Source: Eledone cirrhosa (taxonomy: Eukaryota). From it: a stretch of DNA of 64,000 nucleotides. Made by a program: the position numbers and the translations under genes. The DNA lies in contig OZ024741.1 in assembly GCA_964016885.1 (NCBI GenBank), positions 229,524,001 to 229,588,000 on the forward strand. Reading direction: 5' to 3'. Below, piece after piece: positions 25,791 to 38,268 of the stretch (within the stretch, counting starts at the first letter, position 1; each line of letters begins with the position of its first letter). The notes under the pieces are model-generated. The model was not told the DNA's origin. It saw only the letters and a program-made list of their open reading frames with translations, and ran no database searches.

Positions 25791-26483
25791 TATATTATTT
25801 ATATAGGTTATATTTAGAGCTTATTAGCCAACATTGTCTATATATCTGTGAACAGAATAAGACGGATCAGCCAGATTAGTTTCAACACTGTGTTGTGATT
25901 TCCTCAGCGGGTCCCCTATTTAACTCACGTGTAGTGGCGCAGCAAAGAGACTATTTGATCACTAATCAAAGACATTCTGGTTGTGACCATCTTTCCTTTT
26001 GTTGTTCATCCCCACTTCAGACTTGGATGACGATAAATGTTCCAGCTGATCAAAGACGTTCCAATCATGATTGTGACTTGTTCAGTACTAAGTCATCTGT
26101 AATTGAGGAGAAATATCAACAAATTTATTCCAGGACCCAAATTTCTTTCAGAGCTGGTCCTTCGTTTATTAAAACTATATGGGGTATTTCGAGGGAACTT
26201 TAACAGCTATTTCTAAGAGGTTGAAAATCTACGGAAAGGTACCTTCGTTGTTTTGTCCCTCTACACGCTTTCTCTATATATAGATATCAACCTAGAGAGG
26301 TTCAACTTGAATATTAACCACGGAGGAAACCTGCAAATGTCAGCGGCTCCGCCCTTATTCTCCCTATGATCATCCTCACCACCCATTCGTCCCTCCACCT
26401 ACAACTAATTGATTTAAACAATTAATATTGTATCATATGTGTATTATTAAATAAGCTGCAGCATCGGAAGAAACTACTTACGA

Positions 26484-26580
26484 TATTTAGTTACGGCCTG
26501 TTCCACGATCTGAGTTAAAATCCCGCCGAGGTCAACTTTGCCTTTCATCTTTTCGGAATCTAAAAAATAAAATACCAGTT
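26484..26580 (+). mobile_element. SINE S1 internal fragment
   Basis: GATCTGAGTTAAAATCCCGCCGAGGTCAACTTTGCCTTTCATC matches 22737-22810. Confidence 0.75.
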
Positions 26581-26786
26581 AATTAATGAATTTCAATGAA
26601 ACCGCCACTTCTCGCCAACCAGTTTTTTGTTCTAATTAATTTCAATAATTGTGGGCTGCGACATAAGTCCCTAGTTGAGGAAAAATACAAAAAAGAAAAC
26701 GTGACATACCATGAGACAAGACTGGCTCTTTGAATAACAAGTACAACCTATTTTTGTCAACTGAGTGGGATGGATCAAAGTGATTG

Positions 26787-29700
26787 TCTTTAATCCTTTT
26801 AACCTTGTCCACCACACAATCTCTTTCGCCATGGCCACCAGGCAGATGAAAACCGCCTGCCCTTCCTCCTCAAAGGGAGACGGCGAGACCATCTGCACAA
26901 TGGACTCAGTCGACAACCGGATCAGTCCCACACGTGACAGCAACTGTTCAACATAGCTCCACAAGTCAGCAATGCTCGGGCACTGAACGAGTGCGTGCAC
27001 AACGGTTTCGGTGCTATGCGCGCATCTCGGACAGGATCGGCTGACGGCACTACCGTGCCTGTAGAGCTTATCTCGAACAGGCAGTGCTCCCGGTAGCACT
27101 GCCAGGCTAGGGAATTTTGGAAGTTATCCATAGGCCCCGGGCTGAAAGTTCTCCGGAAGAGAGCAAGCAGCTGATCTTCTTCGACGCCCAGGATCTCTCC
27201 GAGAACGTCGTCGCTCTTCCCCTCCACTAGTCCTCTATAGAACGCAGAGGTGGATGTTCCACCGATACTGGTGCCCAACTGGGAGAGGGCAGTGAGCGCC
27301 TGGAGACATTCCAGTTTCCAAGCGCTATCCCTCGGTCTTTTTCTGACACAGGACTGCAGCTCCGTCAAGGAGACGAGCTGTGGGAAAATGTGCCTGGCGA
27401 ACGGCGACCACACCCGTTCACCATCAAGGAAGCACCAGAGATGTCGCAGCCTCAGCGCATGTTTGCGCATCATCAGCCATGGCATGCCCAGTCCTCCACG
27501 CAACGGGTGTTGACAGCAGATGGATCGTCTGACCATGGGAGCGCGTCCCTTCCACAAAAAGTGGAAGAGGAGGCGCTCCATTTTGGTAAGAGTTGGGCTG
27601 GAGCAAGGGACGAAGGTGAGGCGGTAGCAGATGACGAATGCGATGTACACATTCGCCACAAGCCCGGCCTTAAAGGGACAGCTTCCTCTCAGCCCATTTC
27701 TGGGTGAGGGAGGCCACCCTGCTAGTCACCTCGTTCCAGTTTTTCTCCATCTGGAGGTCCGGTCCGAACCAGTCCCCGAGCAATTTAACCGGTCCGTCCG
27801 TCCAACGCCCCACGACGCTGTCGGGCGGCATGGACTTGCCTCTCCAGGTGCCTAGCTGCAAGCCCACCGACTTTTCATGGTTTATCTTTGCTCCTGTCAC
27901 CGTTTCGTATTCCTTGAGAGCAGTGCCGAGCATCTGGACGTGTCTGGTGCTTGACACCACCACGGTGACGTCGTCAGCGTAAGCCGACTCGGATTTCCCG
28001 CATCCTAGTTCGCGTGGGACGGCCCTCAATTCCCCCAGTTTGTGCAGTAACGGCTCGAGAGCCAATACGTACAAGAGGGACGAGAGGGAACAACCCTGGC
28101 GGACTGAGCGCATGATGCTGAACGGCTGCGACAGGTGACCGTTCCCCCTCACAACTGAGCAGATGTCGCTGTACATAGCTGCGATCCAACGCCTGAAAAC
28201 GGGCCCGAAACCGGCTGCCTCGAGGACCGCCGCCATTTACCGATGGTCGACCCTATCGAATGCTTTGGATTGATCCAAGTTGATCAGGGCCCCACCCTTG
28301 CCAGGTTCTTTAACCACCCTCTCTATAATGTATCGCATGAGGTGGAGGTTGTCGTGTATGGATCTGTCCGGGATGGCTCATGTCTGCGCCTCTCCCACCA
28401 GACCCTTGACGACAAGCTCCAACCTCGTTGCTAACACCTTGGCCAAAATCTTGAACTCTGCGTTTAGCAGGGTTATGGGCCTGAAATTATCAATAACATC
28501 CCCCTTGTTCGGGTCTTTTCTCAGCAGCGCCACTGCTCCACGGCTCACAAAACTGGGAATGCTCCCGTTCTGCTGCCAGTTGCAGTAGACGTCTGCCAAG
28601 AGGTCACCGAACAAGTCTGGCATAAATGCATAAAGCTCGTAGGGCAGACCATCTAAACCTGGCGATTTACCTCTTGTGCAGTTAGCCATCGCTTCCCGTA
28701 TTTCACCGGCTGTTATTGGCTTTTCGCAACACTGTGCTGCGGTCGTCGAGAGACGAGGCAGTCCGTCGAGAGACGAGGCAGTCCGTCGAGGTATGCACTG
28801 AAGTCCATGCCCCGATCCGGGCCGCCGCGGCTCCCGAACAGTTCAGCAAAGTGCTGCTGAAAAGCTTCACACATCCGCTCGGGTTCGAGCATCACGCACC
28901 CGTTTTGGTCAGACAAAGACCGAATTGTGGCTTTCTTGCCACGTCGCGCCTCTGCCACCTGGGCCCATTGGACAGCTTTTGTCCCCTCGTGTTTCAGAGC
29001 ACGCGCTCTAGCTCTGACAACGCAGCCTTCGTGTTTTGCGTTGAAGAATTGGTCGAGTGCCAATCTCGCCGCAAGCACGTCGGTTGCGATGCCTGTCCTA
29101 AACGCCTCTTCTAGCTTTCTGACTAGCTCTCCCTCTACTCTATTTTCCTCTATCACTACTCCTTTGCTAAACCTAATCGACTCTACTTTAATTCCCTTTT
29201 TCAGGGCGAACCACCACCTGTTGTTGACGACCGCTCCCGTCAACGCCCGCTTAACTAATACGCTAATCCGGTCTCTGTAGGCCTTGCACGCCGGGAATGA
29301 CGCGTTCAGCTTCCAGTAACCAGGCCCTTGTCTATGAAGTCTGTCTATGTCGATCTCACAGATCACAAATTTGTGGTCTGTGTAGTCGACTATTTTAAAT
29401 TGTGGACAACTTATACTAGCCTTATCTAGTTCCCTGTAGAATACCCTATCTAGATACGATCTGGATGACCCGATGCGGTTTGTCCATGTCCACATTGGCA
29501 CATTCGGATGATCCAGTCGATACCTGTCAGACAGTTCAAAACGTCTGAGCAGGTTGGTGAGGTTCTTGCACTCTCCTCCCCTATCCACTAGCCCCACACG
29601 ATCCCAGCGTGCATCCAAGATACCGTTCCAGTCGCCCACTAACACTAAAGAGCGGGAGTTCCAATAAAGGTCTCTAGACGTCTGAAGAAATCTGGCCGTC

Positions 29701-32251
29701 CTGCCACTGTTGGGGCGTAGACGGCTACTAGCCTGAAAGCATTGCCTTCGCTGCCGGTCACGTCCAGCACCACCGACTTACCTTCTGGGTCCAGGAAGAT
29801 GGCCTGTATCGCGAGATCCAAGCCTCTCCGAAAAAAGACGGCAACCCCTCCCCCCGATCCTGGACGGCTGGGAGATGCGTTAACATCGTAGCCGCCGAAG
29901 ATCGGTGCGAAGGCCCGTGCCTCGGAGAATCTGGTTTCACTGATGGCCACCACATCTATGTTTAGTGACCTGAGGTCATTGAGCAGGTGACCCTGCTCCC
30001 AAGATGACCCCAGGCCACGTGCATTTATACTGCCTATTCTGAGTACAGCCATGTTGGATGAGAAACGGGGCAAATGAGAAAGGGTCACTTACCTTGTTCT
30101 TGTGGTGAAGGGACAGTAGAACCGTCCCTTTCGCTGGTCATGGGTGTTTCCAATAGGATGTCAGTGTATATCCTCTTGGTAACCGACCCTCTGAAGTCTC
30201 CAACTGCGTTGGGGAATTTTTGTTTTAAAGGTTTGTATTGTTCTATTGAGATTTCGATGATGCTTGTGTTTGTCGGGAGAGTTATTGGTATTGGTGGGGT
30301 GTAGTAGTTTTTTTCCGTGATGTCTGTGTGCTGCTTTATATATTTTATGAGTTCTTTTTTTGCTATGTTTATGGCTGTGTACTTTTTGGGGGGAGGGGTG
30401 ATTTTGTTGCCGTTTTCTTCTTGTTGCTGTTTGGTGTGTGTGTGTCTTGTTTTGTTTGCGTTGTTGGTGTTTGTGGTGGTGTTGCTGCAAGTTTCCTTGC
30501 TGCCTTTACCCCTCTTTGTATGCCTTCGCTTTTGGAGGGTGAATCTAAGGGTTTTTTGTTTTTTGTTTTTTGTGGCAGACTGTTTGCCACGTCACTCCCG
30601 CCTCAAACTCCATGTCGGATTCTGTGGCGTCTGTGAGGGGTATGTGCTCCACGGCTGTTGGTGGTGGTAGTGGAGCCCTCTTCGGCAATGTTGTTGCTGG
30701 TGTAGCTATTTCAAATGTAGCTATTGGTGTTGCCGCCACTGATGCTGCTGCTTTAGTTATCCGTGGCCTTGGTACGGGTGCTACGGACGTTGCCCTCCTA
30801 CTCACCATGGAAGGGGCTTCTTCGTTTGTTGCCTGTCCTGCTCTTGGTAGCAGCGGACCAGGTATTGGAAGGAGAGGGGCTCTCTTCGGTGTCTTCTGCG
30901 GGCCCTGAGGTGACCTTTCGACCCACAGAGATAACATTTTGGCCGTCTTCCTTCTACACTTATAGGGAGCTGGAGTCCTTCCTCAAAGTCTATGATATCG
31001 GGGATAGCCTCGATACATTCCTGGTCAGTTTGTATAAGCATTTGAATGCCTATACCTGACCAGTTCTCTCTCCCTATTTTTTCTACTTGCAGCATGGTCG
31101 CCCTGTTCTCAATTCCAGCAAGGACAGACGCGGCCAGCCAAGGTATGGGAACGTCGGGTGGGACCTGAGTCACTTTGACCCTCACAATTTTCTGCCCGCA
31201 GTAGGAGGATACCAAGACTAACTCCTCACTCTTTAGGGTTTCCAATGAGTGAGACTTTGCTTCCTGGGGGGTGGCGAAAAGTACGTCTACTGTGGCGTAC
31301 TTTCTGCCTCGGGCGATGTGGGTTTTGTGTTCCCAGACGCACCCAAGGCCTTTTGGATTTGAGCCTCCGTGGCTCTCTCCACTCGATGTGAGATTTTTCT
31401 TACGGTGCGGTAAGTCACCGTTCGTAGCTGTTGGTCCTTGAAAAAATCGGGTGGAGGTTTCAGGGAAACTCTATTTCCGCTTCTTGTCACCATGGCCCTT
31501 GCGACTGCCATCTCCTCCTCTGTAACTAACACTGTCTCGATATTTCGGGCGACACCTGCAAAAGAAGTGGTCCCTTTTTCAGCAGCACCACTATTGCTGC
31601 TGCTACTGGTCTTACTGGTGGTGCTGAGGTCGCTATTACAGGTATCGGTGTCATTGTTGTTCTTTTCGCTGGTACAGTTGTTGGTGTTGTTTTCGTTGAT
31701 ACTGTCGCTGCTGTTACTGTTATTATTGTTGTTTTTGTTGATACTGTTCCTACTATTATTGTTGTTGTGGCTGTTGTTATTGTCATTGTTATTGTCGTTC
31801 TCGACCTTACCGCTGTTATTTTTGGTGTTGTTGTTGGTGATGTTGTTGGTGTTATTATTGGTGTTGTTTGTGTTAGAAATATTTGTTAATTTTAAATCTG
31901 TAACAATCTTTTTTTCCTTTGTAATATTTTCGTTTATATTTACCTCCGCTGGAACGTTGTCTTGTTGACATGCTGATAAAGTCTCCCTCTCTCTGTGTTG
32001 TCTGACAGCGCTCTCTCTCTTTTTTGTGTTATCCATGTTGAAACTTTTCAAAAAATATTTTTACACAAATACGAATACGACACCCCGTAAAGGCGTGCCG
32101 TATTATTTACTAGTGAACCCCTGTATTAGGTGGGTCACTTCTTCTAAACTTTTATCAAATTTAAAACTTGAATAAAAGGTTTAGAACGGTTGAAAATGAG
32201 GTAAAACTTTGAAAAAGACTGGAGGCGATAAGAAGCGTGGCTTCACCAACC
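26787..32251 (-). mobile_element. Near full-length Tx1/L1-like LINE (lineage A), decayed
   Basis: ORF1 (~32036 down to ~30090) has CYLCGSKGHL. ORF2 runs from APE (LVGDWNGILD, TDHKFV) through RT (NFRPITLLN, LDQSKAFDRV, SVRQGCSLSSLLY, AYADDVT) to the C-terminal CPRC..ETVVHALVQC. The 5' end abuts (ATT)n. Confidence 0.95.
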
Positions 32252-32316
<65 letters not shown>

Positions 32317-32330
32317 GAGAAGGGGAGAAG

Positions 32331-33085
32331 ACGCACGTGGTGGTAGAAGGTCATGAAATCGCTCCCGTAAGCTTTTGATTTTTAACATATTTAAATCAAT
32401 TGTGAAATAACAATTCTTAGTACAAATGATGCATAAAGCACCGAATCAAGTCTCATAAAAATTCGGATCCATAATATATTGTTATATCGCTCAAATATTC
32501 AATTTTGTATTATACATTTTATATTAAAAAAAGAAAATGGTTATAAATGGAAGAAAACCCCCTCTGTCTACACTATATAGAACAGCCAAATAACAGCAAT
32601 TTCACCAACACCAGAAACTAGGTACACCACCTACCCCATCACCCCGCTGTGTACACTAAATACAACAGCCAGATAACTGCAATTTCACCACCACCACCAC
32701 CAATCCCAGCATCATAATAATAATTACTATTATTATTGTCTCAAGTTTTAAGAAAATGTTTAATTCCAATATTAAGGAAATATGTCGACACATATATTAA
32801 ACATACGCGACACAAATGCATAGATACTACAGATCAAACAAAACTACAGTCTATTCAACAAAACTCAGTAACGACAACGCCATCACTATAGTCACCGCCG
32901 CCACCACTCCATCCATCATTGCTACCACTATCCCATCACCGCCGCCACCACTCCTTCATTGCTACCACCACTATTCCCCATTACCTTCTGTTAACTTAAG
33001 AAAGGCGAAGGTGGCGGTATCACTAGACAAGGGAGAGGCTAGCAAAAGATATAAATAGATTGACTTAGTGACCCGGCCACCGGCC
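32331..33085. repeat. Unclassified interspersed repeat, diverged copy at 37437-38048
   Basis: The copies share ACGCAC.TGGTGG..AATCGCTCCCGTAAG.TTTTGATTTTTA at the start, an (ACC)-rich middle, and CAAAAGATATAAATAGA.TGA.TT..TGA.CCGG at the end. Confidence 0.7.
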
Positions 33086-33349
33086 AAACGTCAACAAATA
33101 TAGCACTGCTGGCTCCCCCCTTCCCCACCAACAATATAAAAAGCCCCAGCACCACCACCGACATAGCCAACAACAATAACAGGCAACTTCAGCAAAAAGT
33201 ATATTATATTATTGTGATGCACTGGGTAATTGCTGGCCTTGTGCCTGGAGTGGAGACAATTATTAATAATTTCATTCTTCAGCCACGCAATGCTCACATT
33301 AAGGAACCACTCATGATAATAACAATTTAAAAACACAACAAAAAAGAAA

Positions 33350-36300
33350 ACCCCGTGACCAAGAAATACCGCGATGGCGGCCGGCGGGGAATAGCCGTGT
33401 CTCTAGGGGAGGACGACCCCTCTAGTCTTGGTTGACACTCGTTCTAGAAGTGGTAACACGAAATGATTACCCCTTGGCGGACAAGGATAAAACGCGACAA
33501 AATAAAGTAAATGTCTAATGATAAAATCTCATACCGGATCGGCCGTCACCCGGGTCAAAAAGGCCCGCGTCCCTCAGAGAGGAACCAGACTGGGGTCGAA
33601 AAATCAGCTAATGGTTCAAACCTTCCCATCACTTCGGAGCTGGAGACCTCCCATAACCGGAATACTCCTACTGTTGGCCCTCCATGCTCACCACCAAGAA
33701 ATCCAAAGAAAAAGAGAGAAAAATGGTCAAGGGAAGATAATAAAGAAGTCCTTGAGGCTTTCTACACTGCCATGTACTACCCATCAAATACATCGAATAC
33801 AGAACAGGCATATATCAACTGGAAAAAGAAACATCCCGAAAACAGAGGTTATATTGACAGTAACAAACTAGCCAATATACGAAGAAATATTGTAAAAAAA
33901 AAAGTTACTAACTGATATAGAAATTGATCAGATCAAGCTATTAGTACAAAGTCAGCGAAGGGAAAATGAAACATGTGTCAGTGAAAACGAGGTAAATTGT
34001 AACACTTCGAATCCCAGGGTTGGGGCGGAATCACTGACAACAGAACAAATTAAACAAAGGATCGAAAAAGTGGAGGGAGTGCATACTCAAGATGAAACTC
34101 CAAATGAAAACAATGAGATCGTAAATGATAAAGAAATGAATGAGAATGAACTTGCCAACTTGAAGGATGAAATTATGATCGAATGGATGAAAATGAAAGA
34201 ATCTGACATGGGGGAACAAGACACCCTCCCTAAGATCCAGAACTCCAAACAGAACCAAAAGATAATACACAAGACTAACATAATTATCAAAAATATTATC
34301 ATCACAAACAAACTAAACATTACTGATTTAAATCATCTCTATTATGCATCGGCTAAAATCTCCACTCACTTATGTGGAGTGAAGATGAAAAAACAAAGGA
34401 ATTGCCACAAGAAATCTACTTGGCAAGAGAACATCAATCGCCAAATAAACCTTCTCCGATCTGACATAGAAATTTTAAAAAACTATAAAGTAGGTGAACA
34501 TGTTAAACAAACTAAACTTAGAAAATTGAAAAGAAAGTACAGTATAAAGCCAACAAGTGACATAGGCATGCTGATAGAAATAATCAAGCAAAAAGTGTCG
34601 GCCAAATCTGCTCGTATAAGGCGCTTTGAAAAACGATCTAGATTCTATAAGGACAATATGTTCAAAACCAACCAAAGAAACTTCTACAGAAAAATTGGTA
34701 AGTCAACAATAACTGCTAAATCAATACCACCCAAGGAGGAAGTACAAGAATTCTGGGAAAAGATCTGGGCCGAAGAAAAAGTTCATAATATACATGCCCC
34801 ATGGATAGACAGACAAATGAAAGATACAGCTCACCTTGAGGAACAAATATGGGAAAATATAACAGTTGAACAGTTGCGTTTGGCTCTAAGAAAAACCAGC
34901 AAATGGAAATCCCCAGGAAAAGACAAAATACAAAATGTTTGGATAAATGCCTTCACTGAGTCTCATGAGCTGTTAGCCCAACTTTACAATGAAATAGTTA
35001 AGGAGCCAGAAAAGATACCATCATGGCTAGTTAACGGCATTACATTCCTGCTTCCGAAGAATGATGAGACAAACAATCCCAAAAAATTACAGACCGATAA
35101 CTTGCTTGACCACAATGTATAAAATTTTAACATCAGTCCTAACTGAATATACATATGACCACCTGATAACAAATGACCTATTTCCCATTGAGCAGAAAGG
35201 GTGTAAACGAGGCTCATATGGCTGTAAGGATCAGCTTTTGGTTAACAAAATGATACTGGAAGATTGTCATAATAGACACAAAAATATATCAATTGCTTGG
35301 ATAGATTATAAAAAAGCATTCGATAGTTTGCCACACAGTTGGATTGAAAAATGTTTAGAGATTTTCAAAATATCTCCCGTTGTCAGGAGGTTTTTGTCAT
35401 TCAGTATGAAGACATGGAAAACGACACTCCTTTTGAATAGTGAAACAAAATCACTGGAAGCTGGAGAAGTTAATATTAATTGTGGAATTTTTCAGGGTGA
35501 CTCTTTATCACCGCTTTTATTCTACATCGCACTTATACCATTAAGTAAAATGCTCAATGAAACAAAGCATGGATATAAAGTCTATGACAAAACAATTAAT
35601 CACTTGTTCTACATGGATGACCTGAAACATTTTGCAAAAAATGATGAACAATTGCAAGGGCTATTATCCACTGTGGAGCAGTTCAGTGATGACATTAAAA
35701 TGGAGTTTGGACTAGATAAATGCGCCAAAGCAACGTTCACCAGAGGAAAGCTGCTGAAGAGTTCAGACGTTAATCTTGATCGGAGGAATGTGATAAGAGA
35801 ACTTGATCAAGAGGAAACTTACAAATATCTAGGTGTTTGTGAAGGAGACGGAATCAAGCACTCGACAATGAGGGAAAGGATAAGGAAGGAATGTTACCGC
35901 AGAGTAAGAGCAATCTTAAGAACGGAATTGAATGCAAGGAATAGGATCGATGCCATAAACACGCTTGCCATACCAGTAGTAACCTACAGTTACAATGTCA
36001 TCAACTGGTCAAGCACAGAGATCCGTAGGCTCGATACAAAAATTCAAAAATTCTTAACCATGCACAGAATGCATCACCCTAAGGCAGATATAGATAGAAT
36101 ATATCTCCCTAGGAAAGAAGGAGGACGTGGGTTAATCCAGTTAGACATTGCGTTGAAAACTGCAACAATTGGATTATCTACATATCTAAGGGAATCACAT
36201 GATTGGATGATCAAACTCGTTTTGAAACACGAAAGCATCAAAAGATCATATTCCATTACAAAAGATGCACAAAGATACAGTAATGGACTACAAATTTCAG

Positions 36301-37301
36301 AAGTCCCATTTACTGCTGAAATGGAAAACACAGAAAAAGCAAAGCAGGTAAAAGTAACTGCAAAGAAAGAACTGCTACAGAAACTGGCTAAGAAATGGCA
36401 AGAAAAGCCTCTGTATGGAAAATACCCAGAGCGAGCTAACAATCCTGATGTTGACAAAACTTTAACCCATCAGTGGTTGGCATCCTCTGGACTGAAATCG
36501 GAGACTGAAGGACTGATTATATCGGCACAAGATCAGTGTCTGCCAACAAAAAATTACCAAGCCAACATAATAAAAATGGGTGCAGCCCATTATGCCGTGT
36601 ATGCAAAAAACAACCAGAGACCATTGACCATATAATTTCAATGTGCAGTCCTATAGCTCCAACCGAATACCTAAATAGGCATGACAGAGCTGCACAATAC
36701 ATACATTGGATAATGTGTAAGCATTTTGACCTGCCCCATCAAAAGAATTGGTGGGAGCATCAACCACCTCCCATACTTGAAAAAGATCACATCTCAATCT
36801 TGTGGAACTTTAGCATCCAAACAGACCGAAAAATAGATGCAAATAGACCTGATATAATATTGAAGGACTTTCAAAAGAGGGTATGCCTGCTAATTGATAT
36901 GTCTGTTCCAATAGACAAGAATGTATCTATAAAAACATTTGAAAAATTGAGCAAGTATAAGGACCTGGAGATAGAAATTGGAAAAATGTGGAAATTGAGA
37001 ACTAAAACAATACCAGTGGTTGTAGGCGCTCTGGGAATGATACCTAAGGGGTCTAATGATTACTTATCGCAAATCCCAGGAAACCCGCGTATAGGAGAAA
37101 TACAAAAGATAGTACTAATGGGAACTGCCCATATACTAAGGAAGATTCTGTCAATATAAGTACATCACAAGTCTAAACACTAAAGATGCATGTGTGAATA
37201 TGTATGTTCTTTCTTGAACATGGCGGACCTTGTTGTCTCTTGAGGTCACTGGTTGTGACTTGGTGATAACTCGTATGAACATAAAGCAAGATAAATGCAA
37301 C

Positions 37302-37302
<1 letters not shown>
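33350..37302 (+). mobile_element. Near full-length R4/Dong-like REL LINE (family D3), few frameshifts, (AAT)n tail
   Basis: N-terminal KWSREDN..LANIRRNI. RT motifs [42 protein letters not shown]. Then CRVC..ETIDHIISMC, RHD, NRPDII..LIDMSVP, EKLSKYKDL. ORF pieces at 33511-33915, 34070-35122, 35061-36635 and 36536-37159. Confidence 0.95.
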
Positions 37303-37378
<76 letters not shown>

Positions 37379-37435
37379 GAAGAAGAAGAAGAAGAAGAAG
37401 AAGAAGAAGAAGAAGAAGAAGAAGAAGAAGAAGAA
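37303..37435. repeat. Compound (AAT)n(AAG)n microsatellite
   Basis: Seen directly. Confidence 0.97.
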
Positions 37436-37436
37436 A

Positions 37437-38048
37437 ACGCACATGGTGGATATATATCATTATGGAATCGCTCCCGTAAGTTTTTGATTTTTACTTATTT
37501 AAAACAACTGTGATAGAATAATTCTTATTACAAAAGAACTACAAGATTAGAGTTTTTACGCTCAGCAAGCCATAACGCGTCACTTTACGGCATAGGGCCC
37601 CAATATTTAATATTTAATTTTGGATCAGAAATGTTATAGTCGAAAAGGAGGAAAATGGCAAAATGGCTAAATAGCTAAATGGCTAAGTGGACAGATAGGC
37701 AAATAATTTCGCCACCAACACCACCACCTCCATCACTACTACCACGCCAAAAACTCTAGTCAAGTTACCTCACCTTCTATTTCTACTTCAACTTCAACAC
37801 CATCACTACAGTACTACGATCACATCACCACCACCACTGCCTCATTATCGCTACCGCCGCTATTCTCTCCCACTACCTCCTGCTAAGTACTACTAGCACA
37901 ACACCACCACCACCACCACCACTGCCTCATTATCACTACCGCCGCTATTGTCTCCCACTACCTCCTGCTAAGACATACATCGTAGTGTCCCCACTAAAAG
38001 AGGAAGGCATCAAAAGATATAAATAGACTGATTTGATGAACCGGTCAA
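37437..38048. repeat. Second copy of the unclassified repeat, with internal ~60-bp duplication
   Basis: Homologous to 32331-33085. 37826-37887 is repeated at 37911-37971. Confidence 0.7.
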
Positions 38049-38268
38049 AAAATCAAAAAACCCAAAATCAAAATCAAAACAGCACAGCAACAACGAAAAA
38101 CTTAAAGAAAAGAAAAATGAATAGAAAAACAAACAGACAGACGGAGAGGGAAAGGAGAAGAAAAACTAAGTCAGACCTTCAAACATTACATTACAATGAA
38201 ACTTATGCTTATTCTTTTTTGGTCTTTTTTTACCTATTTGTTTGTTTGTTTATTTATGTTCGTCTACA

